Assembly (NCBI GenBank): GCA_012516855.1
Contig: JAAYWB010000059.1
Location: forward strand, 2,581-66,580
Direction: 5' to 3'
Source: Candidatus Cloacimonadota bacterium
Lineage (GTDB): Bacteria > Cloacimonadota > Cloacimonadia > Cloacimonadales > Cloacimonadaceae
DNA: 64,000 nucleotides
In this document: positions 9,263 to 17,092 of the stretch, one piece after another
Layout of the letters: every line of letters starts with the position of its first letter
How positions within the stretch are numbered: the first letter of the stretch is position 1
Position numbers and translations under genes: made by a program
Notes under the pieces: generated by a model
Told to the model about the DNA's origin: nothing
Databases searched by the model: none
The model's input: the letters and a program-made list of their open reading frames with translations, nothing else

Positions 9263-10410
9263 GCAAACTTGCCTTGCTGGGTGCCACGGGCTCCATCGGC
9301 ATGTCCACCCTGGCAGTTCTGCGCGAACAAGCTCCCCGAATCACTCTCAGCCTCGTTTCTGCCCACCGGGACGCGCAAAAACTCGCCGCTGTCTGCCGGG
9401 AATTTTCGGTTTCCACAGCAATTCTCACGGGAATAACAGAATCCTCAGAGCAATCTTCCCTGCGCCAAGCCTATCCCGATTTGAAACTGTTTTTTGGCGA
9501 GGAGGAACTGCTCAAGGCTTTGCGCAATGAGGATTATGACGTTGCCCTGAACGCCATCAGTGGATCAGCCGGCCTTCGCGCCAGCTTTGCCATCGCGGAG
9601 AAAAAAGCCCGGCTGGCCCTGGCCAACAAGGAATCACTGGTGATGGCGGGCCATTTGCTGATGCCGTTGCTCAGGAAGAACCAAGTGGAACTGCTGCCCG
9701 TGGACAGTGAACACAGCGCCATTTTCCAGGCCATCGGCGGGCACCCTTTCACCGAGGTCAGGGCCATCCATATCACCGCTTCCGGCGGCTCTTTCCGCGA
9801 TTTGCCCCTTGAGGATTTTGTCTGGGTCACGCCCCAACAGGCTTTGAAGCATCCAAACTGGTCGATGGGCGCGAAAGTGACCCTTGACAGCGCCACAATG
9901 TTCAATAAAGCCCTGGAGGTGATGGAGGCCCACTGGCTTTTCGGGCTGCCTTATGAGCGGATCAAAGCAGTGCTGCATCCTCAGTCTGTGATCCATTCCC
10001 TGGTGGAATTCGTGGACGGCTCGATCCTGGCCCAGATGAGCACTCCAGACATGAAACTGCCCATACTTTACGCTCTGTCCTGGCCTCAGCGCTGGGCTTC
10101 GCGACTGGTTTCCACCGATTTGCCCAGCCTTTCCCGGTTGGAATTCGCGCCCCTGGCGCCGGAACGCTATCCTCTTTTTTATCTGGGACTTGAGGTCGCC
10201 AAAGCGGGAGGCATCCTGCCCACGGTGCTGAACAGCGCCAACGAGGCCGCCCTGCATTTGTTTCTGGCTGGGAAGATAACTTTTCCGCAAATTCACGCCA
10301 TCTGCGCCGCCGCTGCGGAGGCCTGGCCGAACAACCCGGAACCCAGTCTGGAAGAGATCATCGAGGCCAACCGCGCAGTGTATCAGGGCATTATCAGATC
10401 CCATGCCTGA
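9256..10410 (+). CDS. dxr: 1-deoxy-D-xylulose 5-phosphate reductoisomerase
   Basis: 384 aa. LALLGATGSIGMSTL NADPH-binding N-terminus, LANKESLV, PVDSEHSAIFQ, HPNWSMG motifs. Confidence 0.9.
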   Translation: MVGKLALLGATGSIGMSTLAVLREQAPRITLSLVSAHRDAQKLAAVCREFSVSTAILTGITESSEQSSLRQAYPDLKLFFGEEELLKALRNEDYDVALNAISGSAGLRASFAIAEKKARLALANKESLVMAGHLLMPLLRKNQVELLPVDSEHSAIFQAIGGHPFTEVRAIHITASGGSFRDLPLEDFVWVTPQQALKHPNWSMGAKVTLDSATMFNKALEVMEAHWLFGLPYERIKAVLHPQSVIHSLVEFVDGSILAQMSTPDMKLPILYALSWPQRWASRLVSTDLPSLSRLEFAPLAPERYPLFYLGLEVAKAGGILPTVLNSANEAALHLFLAGKITFPQIHAICAAAAEAWPNNPEPSLEEIIEANRAVYQGIIRSHA

Positions 10411-10448
10411 GCCGGAGTAATCAATTTGTTAAACAATTGGAGTATAAT

Positions 10449-11546
10449 ATGAAAAAAAGGCTGCTGGTTGTAACCGGGGGCGGAGACTGCCCCGGTCTCA
10501 ATGCCGTCATCCGCGCCATCGTGAAACGCGCCGCGTTTGAACCTGACTGGGAAATTCTGGGCAGCATCGACGCCTTCAACGGCATACTGCTCGACCCCAT
10601 GCAACTGATGGAACTCACTCCCAAAACCGTGGCCGGAATCCACGTCCAGGGCGGCACCATCATCGGCACCACTAACCGCGGCGGGCCTTTCAACTGGCCC
10701 GTGCAGAACGCGGACGGTTCCTGGACCACGATCGACCGTGGCGCCGACCTTATGGAACGCCTCCGCGCCCAGAACATCAGCGCCGTCATCAACATCGGCG
10801 GAGACGGCTCCCAACGCATTTCACAGGGCTTGTTCGAACTCGGCTGTCCCGTGATCGGAGTACCCAAAACCATCGACAACGACCTCTCCGACACCGATTT
10901 CACCTTCGGCTTTCAGACCGCCGTCGATGCCGCCACTGATGCCGTGGACAAGCTGGTGACCACCGCCGCCAGCCATCACCGCGTTCTGATCCTGGAAGTG
11001 ATGGGCCGCTACGCTGGCTGGATAGCGATGCACGCAGCCATCGCCGGCGGAGCAGAAGTCTGCCTCATCCCCGAGATCGATTATGACATCAATTCCGTGA
11101 TGAACGCGCTCAACCGCCGCTTCACCGCAGGCAAAGGCTTTGCCAACATCGTGATCGCCGAGGGCGCCAAACCGCTGGGCGGAACGATGAGCTACACCGC
11201 CAGCGAGGAACCCGGCGCCATGCCCATCCGCCTGGGCGGAGCAGGGCTGCGTCTCTCCCAGGAACTCAAGGATGCCGGCTGTCCCATAGAGATTCGCGAA
11301 ACCATCCTCGGCCACCTCCAGCGCGGCGGACGCCCCAATTCCTTCGACCGTGTGCTGGCCTCGCAATTCGGCGTGGCGGCCTTTGAAATGGTGCTGCAGC
11401 AAAAATGGGGTTACATGGCTGCCTACCGCCATCCGGATATCGTCGCTGTGCCTTTAGCCGAAGCCATCAAAACCTACAACCATGTTGATCTGAAATCAGG
11501 CCTGGTGCGAACTGCGCGCGGGCTGGGCATCTGTCTGGGCGACTGA
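10449..11546 (+). CDS. pfkA: 6-phosphofructokinase (PfkA family)
   Basis: I prefer the ATG at 10449 after GGAG over the track TTG at 10437. Motifs TGGGDCPGLNAVIR, IGGDGS and PKTIDNDL are present. Confidence 0.85.
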   Translation: MKKRLLVVTGGGDCPGLNAVIRAIVKRAAFEPDWEILGSIDAFNGILLDPMQLMELTPKTVAGIHVQGGTIIGTTNRGGPFNWPVQNADGSWTTIDRGADLMERLRAQNISAVINIGGDGSQRISQGLFELGCPVIGVPKTIDNDLSDTDFTFGFQTAVDAATDAVDKLVTTAASHHRVLILEVMGRYAGWIAMHAAIAGGAEVCLIPEIDYDINSVMNALNRRFTAGKGFANIVIAEGAKPLGGTMSYTASEEPGAMPIRLGGAGLRLSQELKDAGCPIEIRETILGHLQRGGRPNSFDRVLASQFGVAAFEMVLQQKWGYMAAYRHPDIVAVPLAEAIKTYNHVDLKSGLVRTARGLGICLGD

Positions 11547-11560
11547 CCAAGGAGACGATC

Positions 11561-12454
11561 ATGCAAGAAAAGACATTTTACTACCTCTATCACAAAGCCC
11601 GCGGCGCGAGCCGGGAACAAGTGATGGAAGCCGCGAAACTGAGCGCGGAGGAATATGACCAGCTGGAACAGAGCCGCGGGGAAGACGTTCGCCGGATTCA
11701 ACAAGACCTGCCCCGGGCTGCCGGCATCGGACCGGATTTCGTGCGCCTCACCCGCTACATCTATGGCGGCTCCAGCGACCAGGAGCAGGGCAAACCCTGT
11801 CCCGAAGCGGTGAAAGCCCGCTCCGGAGAGGTCATCCAACTTCCTGCCGTGGAAAGGATTCCGGCGCCGGAAATTTCACTGCGCCAGGCCATCAGCCAGC
11901 GCCGCAGCCTGCGCAAATACTCAGATCAGCCGCTGTCTTTGGAAGAGCTTTCCTTCATGCTTTGGGCGACCAGTTGGGCGCGCGATTTCCGTAGCGGCAA
12001 AAACATTGAGACCACTTTCCGCAACGTTCCCTCAGCCGGCAGCCGCCACCCCTTTGAATGCTATCTGCTGGTGAATAATGTGTCCCACCTCGCCGCCGGG
12101 CTCTACTGGTATCATCCTCTCAAACACGGTTTGGTCAGTCTGGAAGAGTCGGACGATATCGCGGATCACGTTTTGGGTGGCTGCATGGGACAGGAAATGG
12201 TGGTGCGCTCCGCCGTCACCTTCATCCTCTGCGCCCGGCCCTATCGCGCGGTCTGGCGTTATCAGCAGCGCTCCTACCGCTATCTGTATGTTGACGCCGG
12301 CCACTGGGGCCAAAACATCCATCTCGCCGCCGAGGCTGTAGGAGCCGGAGCCTGCATGGTCGGCGCCTTCATGGATGAAAAAATGAACGCCTGCCTGGGC
12401 TTGGACGGTGAAGAGGAATTTGTGATCTACGTCGCCCCCGTGGGAAAAAAGTGA
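11561..12454 (+). CDS. SagB/ThcOx-type nitroreductase-family dehydrogenase with ~100-aa N-terminal extension
   Basis: 297 aa. RRSLRKY...RNVPSAGSRHPFECYLLV...GLYWYHP...YRYLYVDAGHWGQN are typical of the SagB-type nitroreductase fold. Confidence 0.7.
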   Translation: MQEKTFYYLYHKARGASREQVMEAAKLSAEEYDQLEQSRGEDVRRIQQDLPRAAGIGPDFVRLTRYIYGGSSDQEQGKPCPEAVKARSGEVIQLPAVERIPAPEISLRQAISQRRSLRKYSDQPLSLEELSFMLWATSWARDFRSGKNIETTFRNVPSAGSRHPFECYLLVNNVSHLAAGLYWYHPLKHGLVSLEESDDIADHVLGGCMGQEMVVRSAVTFILCARPYRAVWRYQQRSYRYLYVDAGHWGQNIHLAAEAVGAGACMVGAFMDEKMNACLGLDGEEEFVIYVAPVGKK

Positions 12455-12502
12455 GCCGCAACTGAACAGCCCACTATCGTTTTCATCTCATCCAAGTGTT
12501 CC

Positions 12503-13519
12503 CTATTCCCGCACCGCCTTCACGCAGTAGAATTTTTTCTCCGCGCCCTGTTCCAGCAATATGGAAGTTAAAGATGTTGCCTCGAGTTCGATCCATCCGG
12601 GATCGCCAACCGGGAGGGGCGCATCCGCCTCTAAAACCACATAGCTGAGGGCGTTGGGAACTTCGTTCCAATTCAGGATGATCTGGCCAGTGTCCGTTCT
12701 GGAGATTTGCAGATCTGGTGGCTCTATGAAGATGCCCAGGGTAATGATAACATCAGAGACGACCAGTTCCGTTTCCTGGCCGTTTATGGGCGGTAGTCCG
12801 CTCATCAGCCAGAGGTTGATGTTCAGCTTCATGTCCGTTGATTCCGCGGGGATGCTGGGCCCTTCATAGAGCCAGTCTTCGATCACGTAACTGGAATGGG
12901 GCGGTTCATCATAATGTCCGTGAAGGCTGCGGAAATGGACGAAATCCGGCTGCCAGAGGAAGGAGTGCGAAGTCCAGGACCCTTCCAGTTCAACCTCGAA
13001 AGGATGGTTGTTGCCTGGAATAGAGTAGGGCTGGACGGTGTAGCTGCCGCAGGGATAGTCCGGATCGCCCCAGCGGGAGAATTCGATGTCGATCTCTCTC
13101 AGGTCATCGGCATAGAGGAAAGGCGCGGCGACGACGTTGGGGTCATAGAGGTCCACCCGGCTTTCTAGGTAAAAGAGGTAATTGCCGTATCCGGCAGGCT
13201 CCAGGGTCCAGACCTCGGCGCAGTGCCAGACGCCTCCAATCTGGCGAATTTTCAGGTGCAGTTTCCCTGCGTCATCTACCCAAACACTTTCCTCGCTGTC
13301 GGAAAAGTTGTTCGGCCCGGGTCCCAAGTTCTTTCCGTTTTTCACCCACCAATACCTTCCTGCGAAGTTTATCACCCGCTGGGTGGTGTTTTCCGCCCCG
13401 GGGGCTTCTCCGGCAATGAGCAGCCCCGGCAGAATCAGTTCCAAGGCCAGCAAACCCAACAGGGAAAATGTCAACTGGATCCTTTTCATTGTATTCTCCG
13501 GTATGTTTATGCTTCCCAC
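12503..13519 (-). CDS. Secreted GH16-like (concanavalin-type) glycoside hydrolase with C-terminal FN3-like domain
   Basis: 338 aa with a signal peptide. The candidate catalytic motif EIDIEF fits the GH16 E-x-D-x-E pattern. The C-terminal ~90 aa look FN3/Ig-like (ILNWNEVPNALSYVVLEA). Confidence 0.55.
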   Translation of the reverse strand: MGSINIPENTMKRIQLTFSLLGLLALELILPGLLIAGEAPGAENTTQRVINFAGRYWWVKNGKNLGPGPNNFSDSEESVWVDDAGKLHLKIRQIGGVWHCAEVWTLEPAGYGNYLFYLESRVDLYDPNVVAAPFLYADDLREIDIEFSRWGDPDYPCGSYTVQPYSIPGNNHPFEVELEGSWTSHSFLWQPDFVHFRSLHGHYDEPPHSSYVIEDWLYEGPSIPAESTDMKLNINLWLMSGLPPINGQETELVVSDVIITLGIFIEPPDLQISRTDTGQIILNWNEVPNALSYVVLEADAPLPVGDPGWIELEATSLTSILLEQGAEKKFYCVKAVRE

Positions 13520-13652
13520 AATTTAACCGGAAAACACCGCGCGCAAAGGGATTCTTGCCCTCATGCCGCGATTTCCCAAAAGATTTGAAACAGAGCCATA
13601 AATCCAATTTGAACCAGTTATTCTTGGGCAACCCACACCACTCAGGCAAAAT

Positions 13653-13669
13653 GTGGTATTTTTTACCAC
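13653..13669. promoter_or_regulatory. Palindromic operator-like site GTGGTA-TTTTT-TACCAC (copy 1 of 3)
   Basis: Perfect 6+5+6 inverted repeat read directly from the sequence, in AT-rich intergenic DNA between divergent genes. Confidence 0.45.
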
Positions 13670-13683
13670 ATTGGTATTTTTCT

Positions 13684-13700
13684 GTGGTGAAAAATACCAC
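13684..13700. promoter_or_regulatory. Palindromic operator-like site GTGGTG-AAAAA-TACCAC (copy 2 of 3)
   Basis: Same half-sites with one mismatch and the same 5-nt spacer. Start-to-start distance to copy 1 is 31 nt. Confidence 0.45.
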
Positions 13701-13763
13701 AGGCTGAAAACAACGCAATTAAGATGCATTAGGCCATAAAATTAGGTTCATACAAAAAATAGG

Positions 13764-13780
13764 GTGGTATAATCTACCAC
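13764..13780. promoter_or_regulatory. Palindromic operator-like site GTGGTA-TAATC-TACCAC (copy 3 of 3), overlapping a TATAAT hexamer
   Basis: Perfect half-sites. The embedded TATAAT lies at 13768..13773. Confidence 0.45.
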
Positions 13781-13930
13781 AAGATCAATAATCTATAAAT
13801 GACTAACTACATAACATACAGTAAGTTAAGCGGTTACTATAATTGGCTTTGATTTTGCACTATTAACAGATTAGAAACGAAAATATCACATCTGCGCCAA
13901 GACTAAAGGAGCTAAAGATGAACAAAACGG

Positions 13931-13959
13931 TTGTTTAATCGGTGACCTGCTGCTATAAT
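13931..13959 (+). promoter_or_regulatory. Putative sigma70-type promoter (TTGTTT-17 nt-TATAAT)
   Basis: -35 TTGTTT at 13931..13936 and a perfect -10 TATAAT at 13954..13959 with a 17-nt spacer. It would give a long leader to the CDS at 14240. Sequence pattern only. Confidence 0.3.
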
Positions 13960-14239
13960 TCGGCGTTTGTTTAGGGCATACAGCCACAATCAACTTGTGC
14001 GGCAGGGTCACCAACCTCAATTCCATCGGCCAAGTAAGAGGCGCAACGAATTGCTTTCATTCACCCCTCCCCAGAATACTGGCAACGAAGTGGAAACTTA
14101 TAGGGACAAAGCCTACATCTCGGCACATCCAACTTATTGGTACACTTTACTGTTGAGGCTTATCGACCACGGATAGCTCGACTGAGTGATTAACAAACGA
14201 ATATTTCAACTAGATCGAATATCATATAAGGAGAACGAC

Positions 14240-15235
14240 ATGAAGAAGCTTTGGAATACTATCCAAGGAGTGTTCACAATTAGAGGAACAGTAATGAAGT
14301 CATTCTATAGTGTGATTGCTATGCTGTTAGTGGCTCATTTGATATACGGACAGAATAACACCAATCAACAAGAAATAATAACACAATCTTCAACAACAAC
14401 ATCATCAGATAAAATATCCACTTCAGGAAAACAAATACCAGGATTTATATTTGTTCAGGGCGGCAGCTTCACCATGGGAGATACAAGAGGTAAGGGATGT
14501 GAAGATGAGTTGCCAACCCATATAGACACCCTGAACTCTTTTTACATAGGCAAATTTGAGGTCACCCAAAAGGAGTTTTCCAAGTATATGGCGCCGGATA
14601 TAAAACCAGATACAACCTGGACAATCAAATATGGCTTGGGGGCTAACTATCCTGCTTATAATGTCTCTTGGTATGCCATCCTGAAATACTGCAACTTGCG
14701 CAGCGTGAAAGAGGAGCTAGCTCCCTGCTACAGAATCGGTGGAAGCACTAATCCCAACGATTGGGGCTCTATCCCCACTTTTAAAGACTCCATCTGGGAC
14801 GCTGTCATCTGCGATTGGAACGCCAATGGTTACAGATTGCCGACCGAGGCGGAATGGGAGTATGCAGCCCGCGGGGCAACAAATGAACCGGATTATCTTT
14901 ACAGTGGTTCGGACAAAATAGAATACGTGGCATGGTATTTAGATAATTCTGAAGACACCAGTCATCCTGTCGGGGAAAAAAAAGACAATAGCATTGGCAT
15001 TTATGACATGAGTGGCAACATCTGGGAATGGTGCTGGGACAGGTATTCAGACTCTTACTACAGAAGCAGTCCGCGGAACAATCCGGTTGGTCCCAGCAGC
15101 GGGTTGTCTCGGGTGTTTCGCGGCGGTGGCTGGAACTACAATGCTAGCCTTTGCAGGGTGGCGAATCGTGCCGACGGAGCTCCGTACGAAAGCTACATAT
15201 TCGTTGGCTTCCGCGTCTGTAGATCGGCCCCATAA
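14240..15235 (+). CDS. Formylglycine-generating-enzyme (SUMF1/FGE-sulfatase) domain protein, secreted or membrane-anchored
   Basis: ATG at 14240 follows AAGGAG. A hydrophobic N-terminal segment is present. Motifs FYIGKFEVTQKEF, GYRLPTEAEWEYAARG, GNIWEWCWD and RVFRGGGW...RVANR are typical of the family. The gene is markedly AT-richer than its neighbours. Confidence 0.8.
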   Translation: MKKLWNTIQGVFTIRGTVMKSFYSVIAMLLVAHLIYGQNNTNQQEIITQSSTTTSSDKISTSGKQIPGFIFVQGGSFTMGDTRGKGCEDELPTHIDTLNSFYIGKFEVTQKEFSKYMAPDIKPDTTWTIKYGLGANYPAYNVSWYAILKYCNLRSVKEELAPCYRIGGSTNPNDWGSIPTFKDSIWDAVICDWNANGYRLPTEAEWEYAARGATNEPDYLYSGSDKIEYVAWYLDNSEDTSHPVGEKKDNSIGIYDMSGNIWEWCWDRYSDSYYRSSPRNNPVGPSSGLSRVFRGGGWNYNASLCRVANRADGAPYESYIFVGFRVCRSAP

Positions 15236-15291
15236 TATTATGAGTTTGTATCTTTATTCCTGAAGGTACAAACAATAAAAACATGAATCAA

Positions 15292-15339
15292 GAACCGTTA
15301 CCCCTCCCCGAAAGTGCAGTTTAGGGGGGGTAACGGTTC
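15292..15339 (+). terminator. Strong GC hairpin downstream of the FGE-domain gene
   Basis: GAACCGTTACCCCTCCCC...GGGGGGGTAACGGTTC gives a stem of about 16 bp. No clear T-tract follows, so terminator function is uncertain. Confidence 0.4.
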
Positions 15340-15557
15340 GGGCTATGGGACCAGTTTCTTTTGATACTTTTTCTTTCCCAAAAAGTTGCTGGTAAGCTGC
15401 TGAAAATCGTCATAACTGCACAATGATCCACTTTTTGTGCTCCTTTTCAACCCATTTTACTCATTTTCCAGCCTAATTCGCAGCAGCTGTACGGTTTTTC
15501 CTATGGACGGACTTATCTTTCACTACTTTTTCCACGGCTCGCCAAATCACAGCCTAG

Positions 15558-15850
15558 CGTACATCGAAAGCAATGAGCATGGACGACAGGATAAACCGCG
15601 GAAACGAAGGTAGGATATATAGAAGCACTCAGTCTTTGTTGCCGTCGATGCTCGTTCCTTGCTCGACGCCAGCTTTTGGCCGGGGTGAAGCGACACCGAC
15701 TGGCCGTTAGGGCCCTGACCTGTGTCCCGGATGCGCCTCCCGCATAATGCCCGTATTTGATGCGAGGATTATACGGGAGGCAGGGGAGAGGGATAAGCGC
15801 AGGCGCTCAGGGCCTGACTGGCAGGATAGAATGGCGGGCAGGGGTTTATA
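15558..15850 (-). repeat. Intergenic repeat family, copy 1 (long form, inverted relative to the other copies)
   Basis: Palindromic core at 15736..15780 (CCTCCCGCATAATGCCCGTATTTGATGCGAGGATTATACGGGAGG). Flanks CTGGCCGTTAGGGCCCTG and GCGCTCAGGGCCTGACTGGCAGG match the reverse complement of the other copies. An extra imperfect long hairpin lies at 15558..15672. Confidence 0.8.
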
Positions 15851-15883
15851 GTGCTATATTGGCTTTATTTCAAGCCGGGTGGG

Positions 15884-17068
15884 TCAGGATGGTATGCGGC
15901 TCAGGGCTTGGTCGAGATCGGCGATGAGGTCTTCCGCGGCTTCGATGCCCACGGAGTAGCGCACCAGGTCATCTGTGATGCCTGCCAGGAGTTTGGCTTC
16001 CGCGCTTACTTTGGCGTGGGTCATTGAGGCGGGATGCTGGATCAGGGTTTCCACCCCACCCAGGGACACGGCCAGAGCCGCCAGATGAACGTTGTCCATC
16101 AGGATCCGGCCGGCTTCGAAACCGCCTTTGAGGCCAAAACTTATCATCGCGCCTGGACCGGACTGCTGTTTCAGGGCCAGTTCGCGCTGAGGATGGGAGG
16201 CCAGGCCGGGATAACGAACCCAAGCCACGGCGGGGTGTTTTTCCAGATAATCCGCGATCATGGTGGCGTTGGCCTGGGCGCGTTCCAACCTTAGGGAGAG
16301 GGTTTTCAGCCCCCGGGAAACCAGAAAGGCCTGATGGGGGTCCATGCTGGGGCCAAGGCTGGTCATCACGTTGTACATCAGGGTATGGTCGGCGGCAGTT
16401 TTGGCCACGATAACGCCGCCCACAACGTCAGCATGGCCGTTGATGAATTTGGTGACCGAATGCAGCACGACGTCCGCCCCCAGCTCCAGAGGCCGCTGCA
16501 GGTAGGGCGAGCAGAAGGTGTTGTCCACCACCAGCCTGATCCCGCGTTCGCGGCAGAGCTCCGCGCAGGCGGAGATGTCGGTGAGGGTGATGGTTGGATT
16601 GGCAGGGGTTTCCACATAAAGCAGTCTGGTATTGGGACGGAGGGCGGCTTCCACCCTGGTCAGGTCGCTGGTATCCACAAAGCTGGCCTGCACTCCGAAG
16701 CGGGAAAGATGGTTCTCCAGGACGCTCCGGGAAGCACCGTAAACGGCATCCGTGGAAACAATGTGCGCCCCGGCGGAGAGGAAAGACATATAGATAGTTG
16801 TGACCGCCCCCATTCCGCTGGCCAGGGCGATTCCTCCGAAACCTCCTTCCAGGATGGCCACGGCGTCTTCCAGAGCCCGCACGGTCGGATTTCCCAAGCG
16901 GGTGTAGATGTAGCCGTCACTTTCGCCGGCAAAGCAATCGGCGCCATTCTGGGCGTTTTCGAAAGCGAAGGTCGAGGTTTGGTATATCGGCGTCACCACC
17001 GCTTTCAGGGGATCAGGTTTCTGGCCGCCATGGACCAGGGAGGTTTCGAATCGGGGCTTTTGGTTCAT
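15884..17068 (-). CDS. Cys/Met-metabolism PLP-dependent enzyme (methionine gamma-lyase / O-acylhomoserine sulfhydrylase-like)
   Basis: 394 aa. TRLGNPT, the SVTKFINGHADVVGG PLP-lysine motif and SLGGVETLIQHPASMTH are present. Confidence 0.85.
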   Translation of the reverse strand: MNQKPRFETSLVHGGQKPDPLKAVVTPIYQTSTFAFENAQNGADCFAGESDGYIYTRLGNPTVRALEDAVAILEGGFGGIALASGMGAVTTIYMSFLSAGAHIVSTDAVYGASRSVLENHLSRFGVQASFVDTSDLTRVEAALRPNTRLLYVETPANPTITLTDISACAELCRERGIRLVVDNTFCSPYLQRPLELGADVVLHSVTKFINGHADVVGGVIVAKTAADHTLMYNVMTSLGPSMDPHQAFLVSRGLKTLSLRLERAQANATMIADYLEKHPAVAWVRYPGLASHPQRELALKQQSGPGAMISFGLKGGFEAGRILMDNVHLAALAVSLGGVETLIQHPASMTHAKVSAEAKLLAGITDDLVRYSVGIEAAEDLIADLDQALSRIPS

Positions 17069-17092
17069 TATAATTCCTTACTATGTTTGAGC

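Noticed and set aside
11561-12454. SagB-type dehydrogenase as a marker of a thiazole/oxazole-modified peptide (TOMM) biosynthetic cluster.
   Set aside because: There is no YcaO cyclodehydratase, docking protein, precursor peptide or exporter nearby. The neighbours are pfkA and a convergent glycoside hydrolase.
15321-15431. 36-codon minus-strand ORF with AAGGAG-N7-GTG (VDHCAVMTIFSSLPATFWERKSIKRNWSHSPNRYPP*) in the spacer after the FGE gene.
   Set aside because: It is very short and its 3' end runs into the strong hairpin at 15292..15339. It has no recognisable features and is noted only as a possible small ORF.
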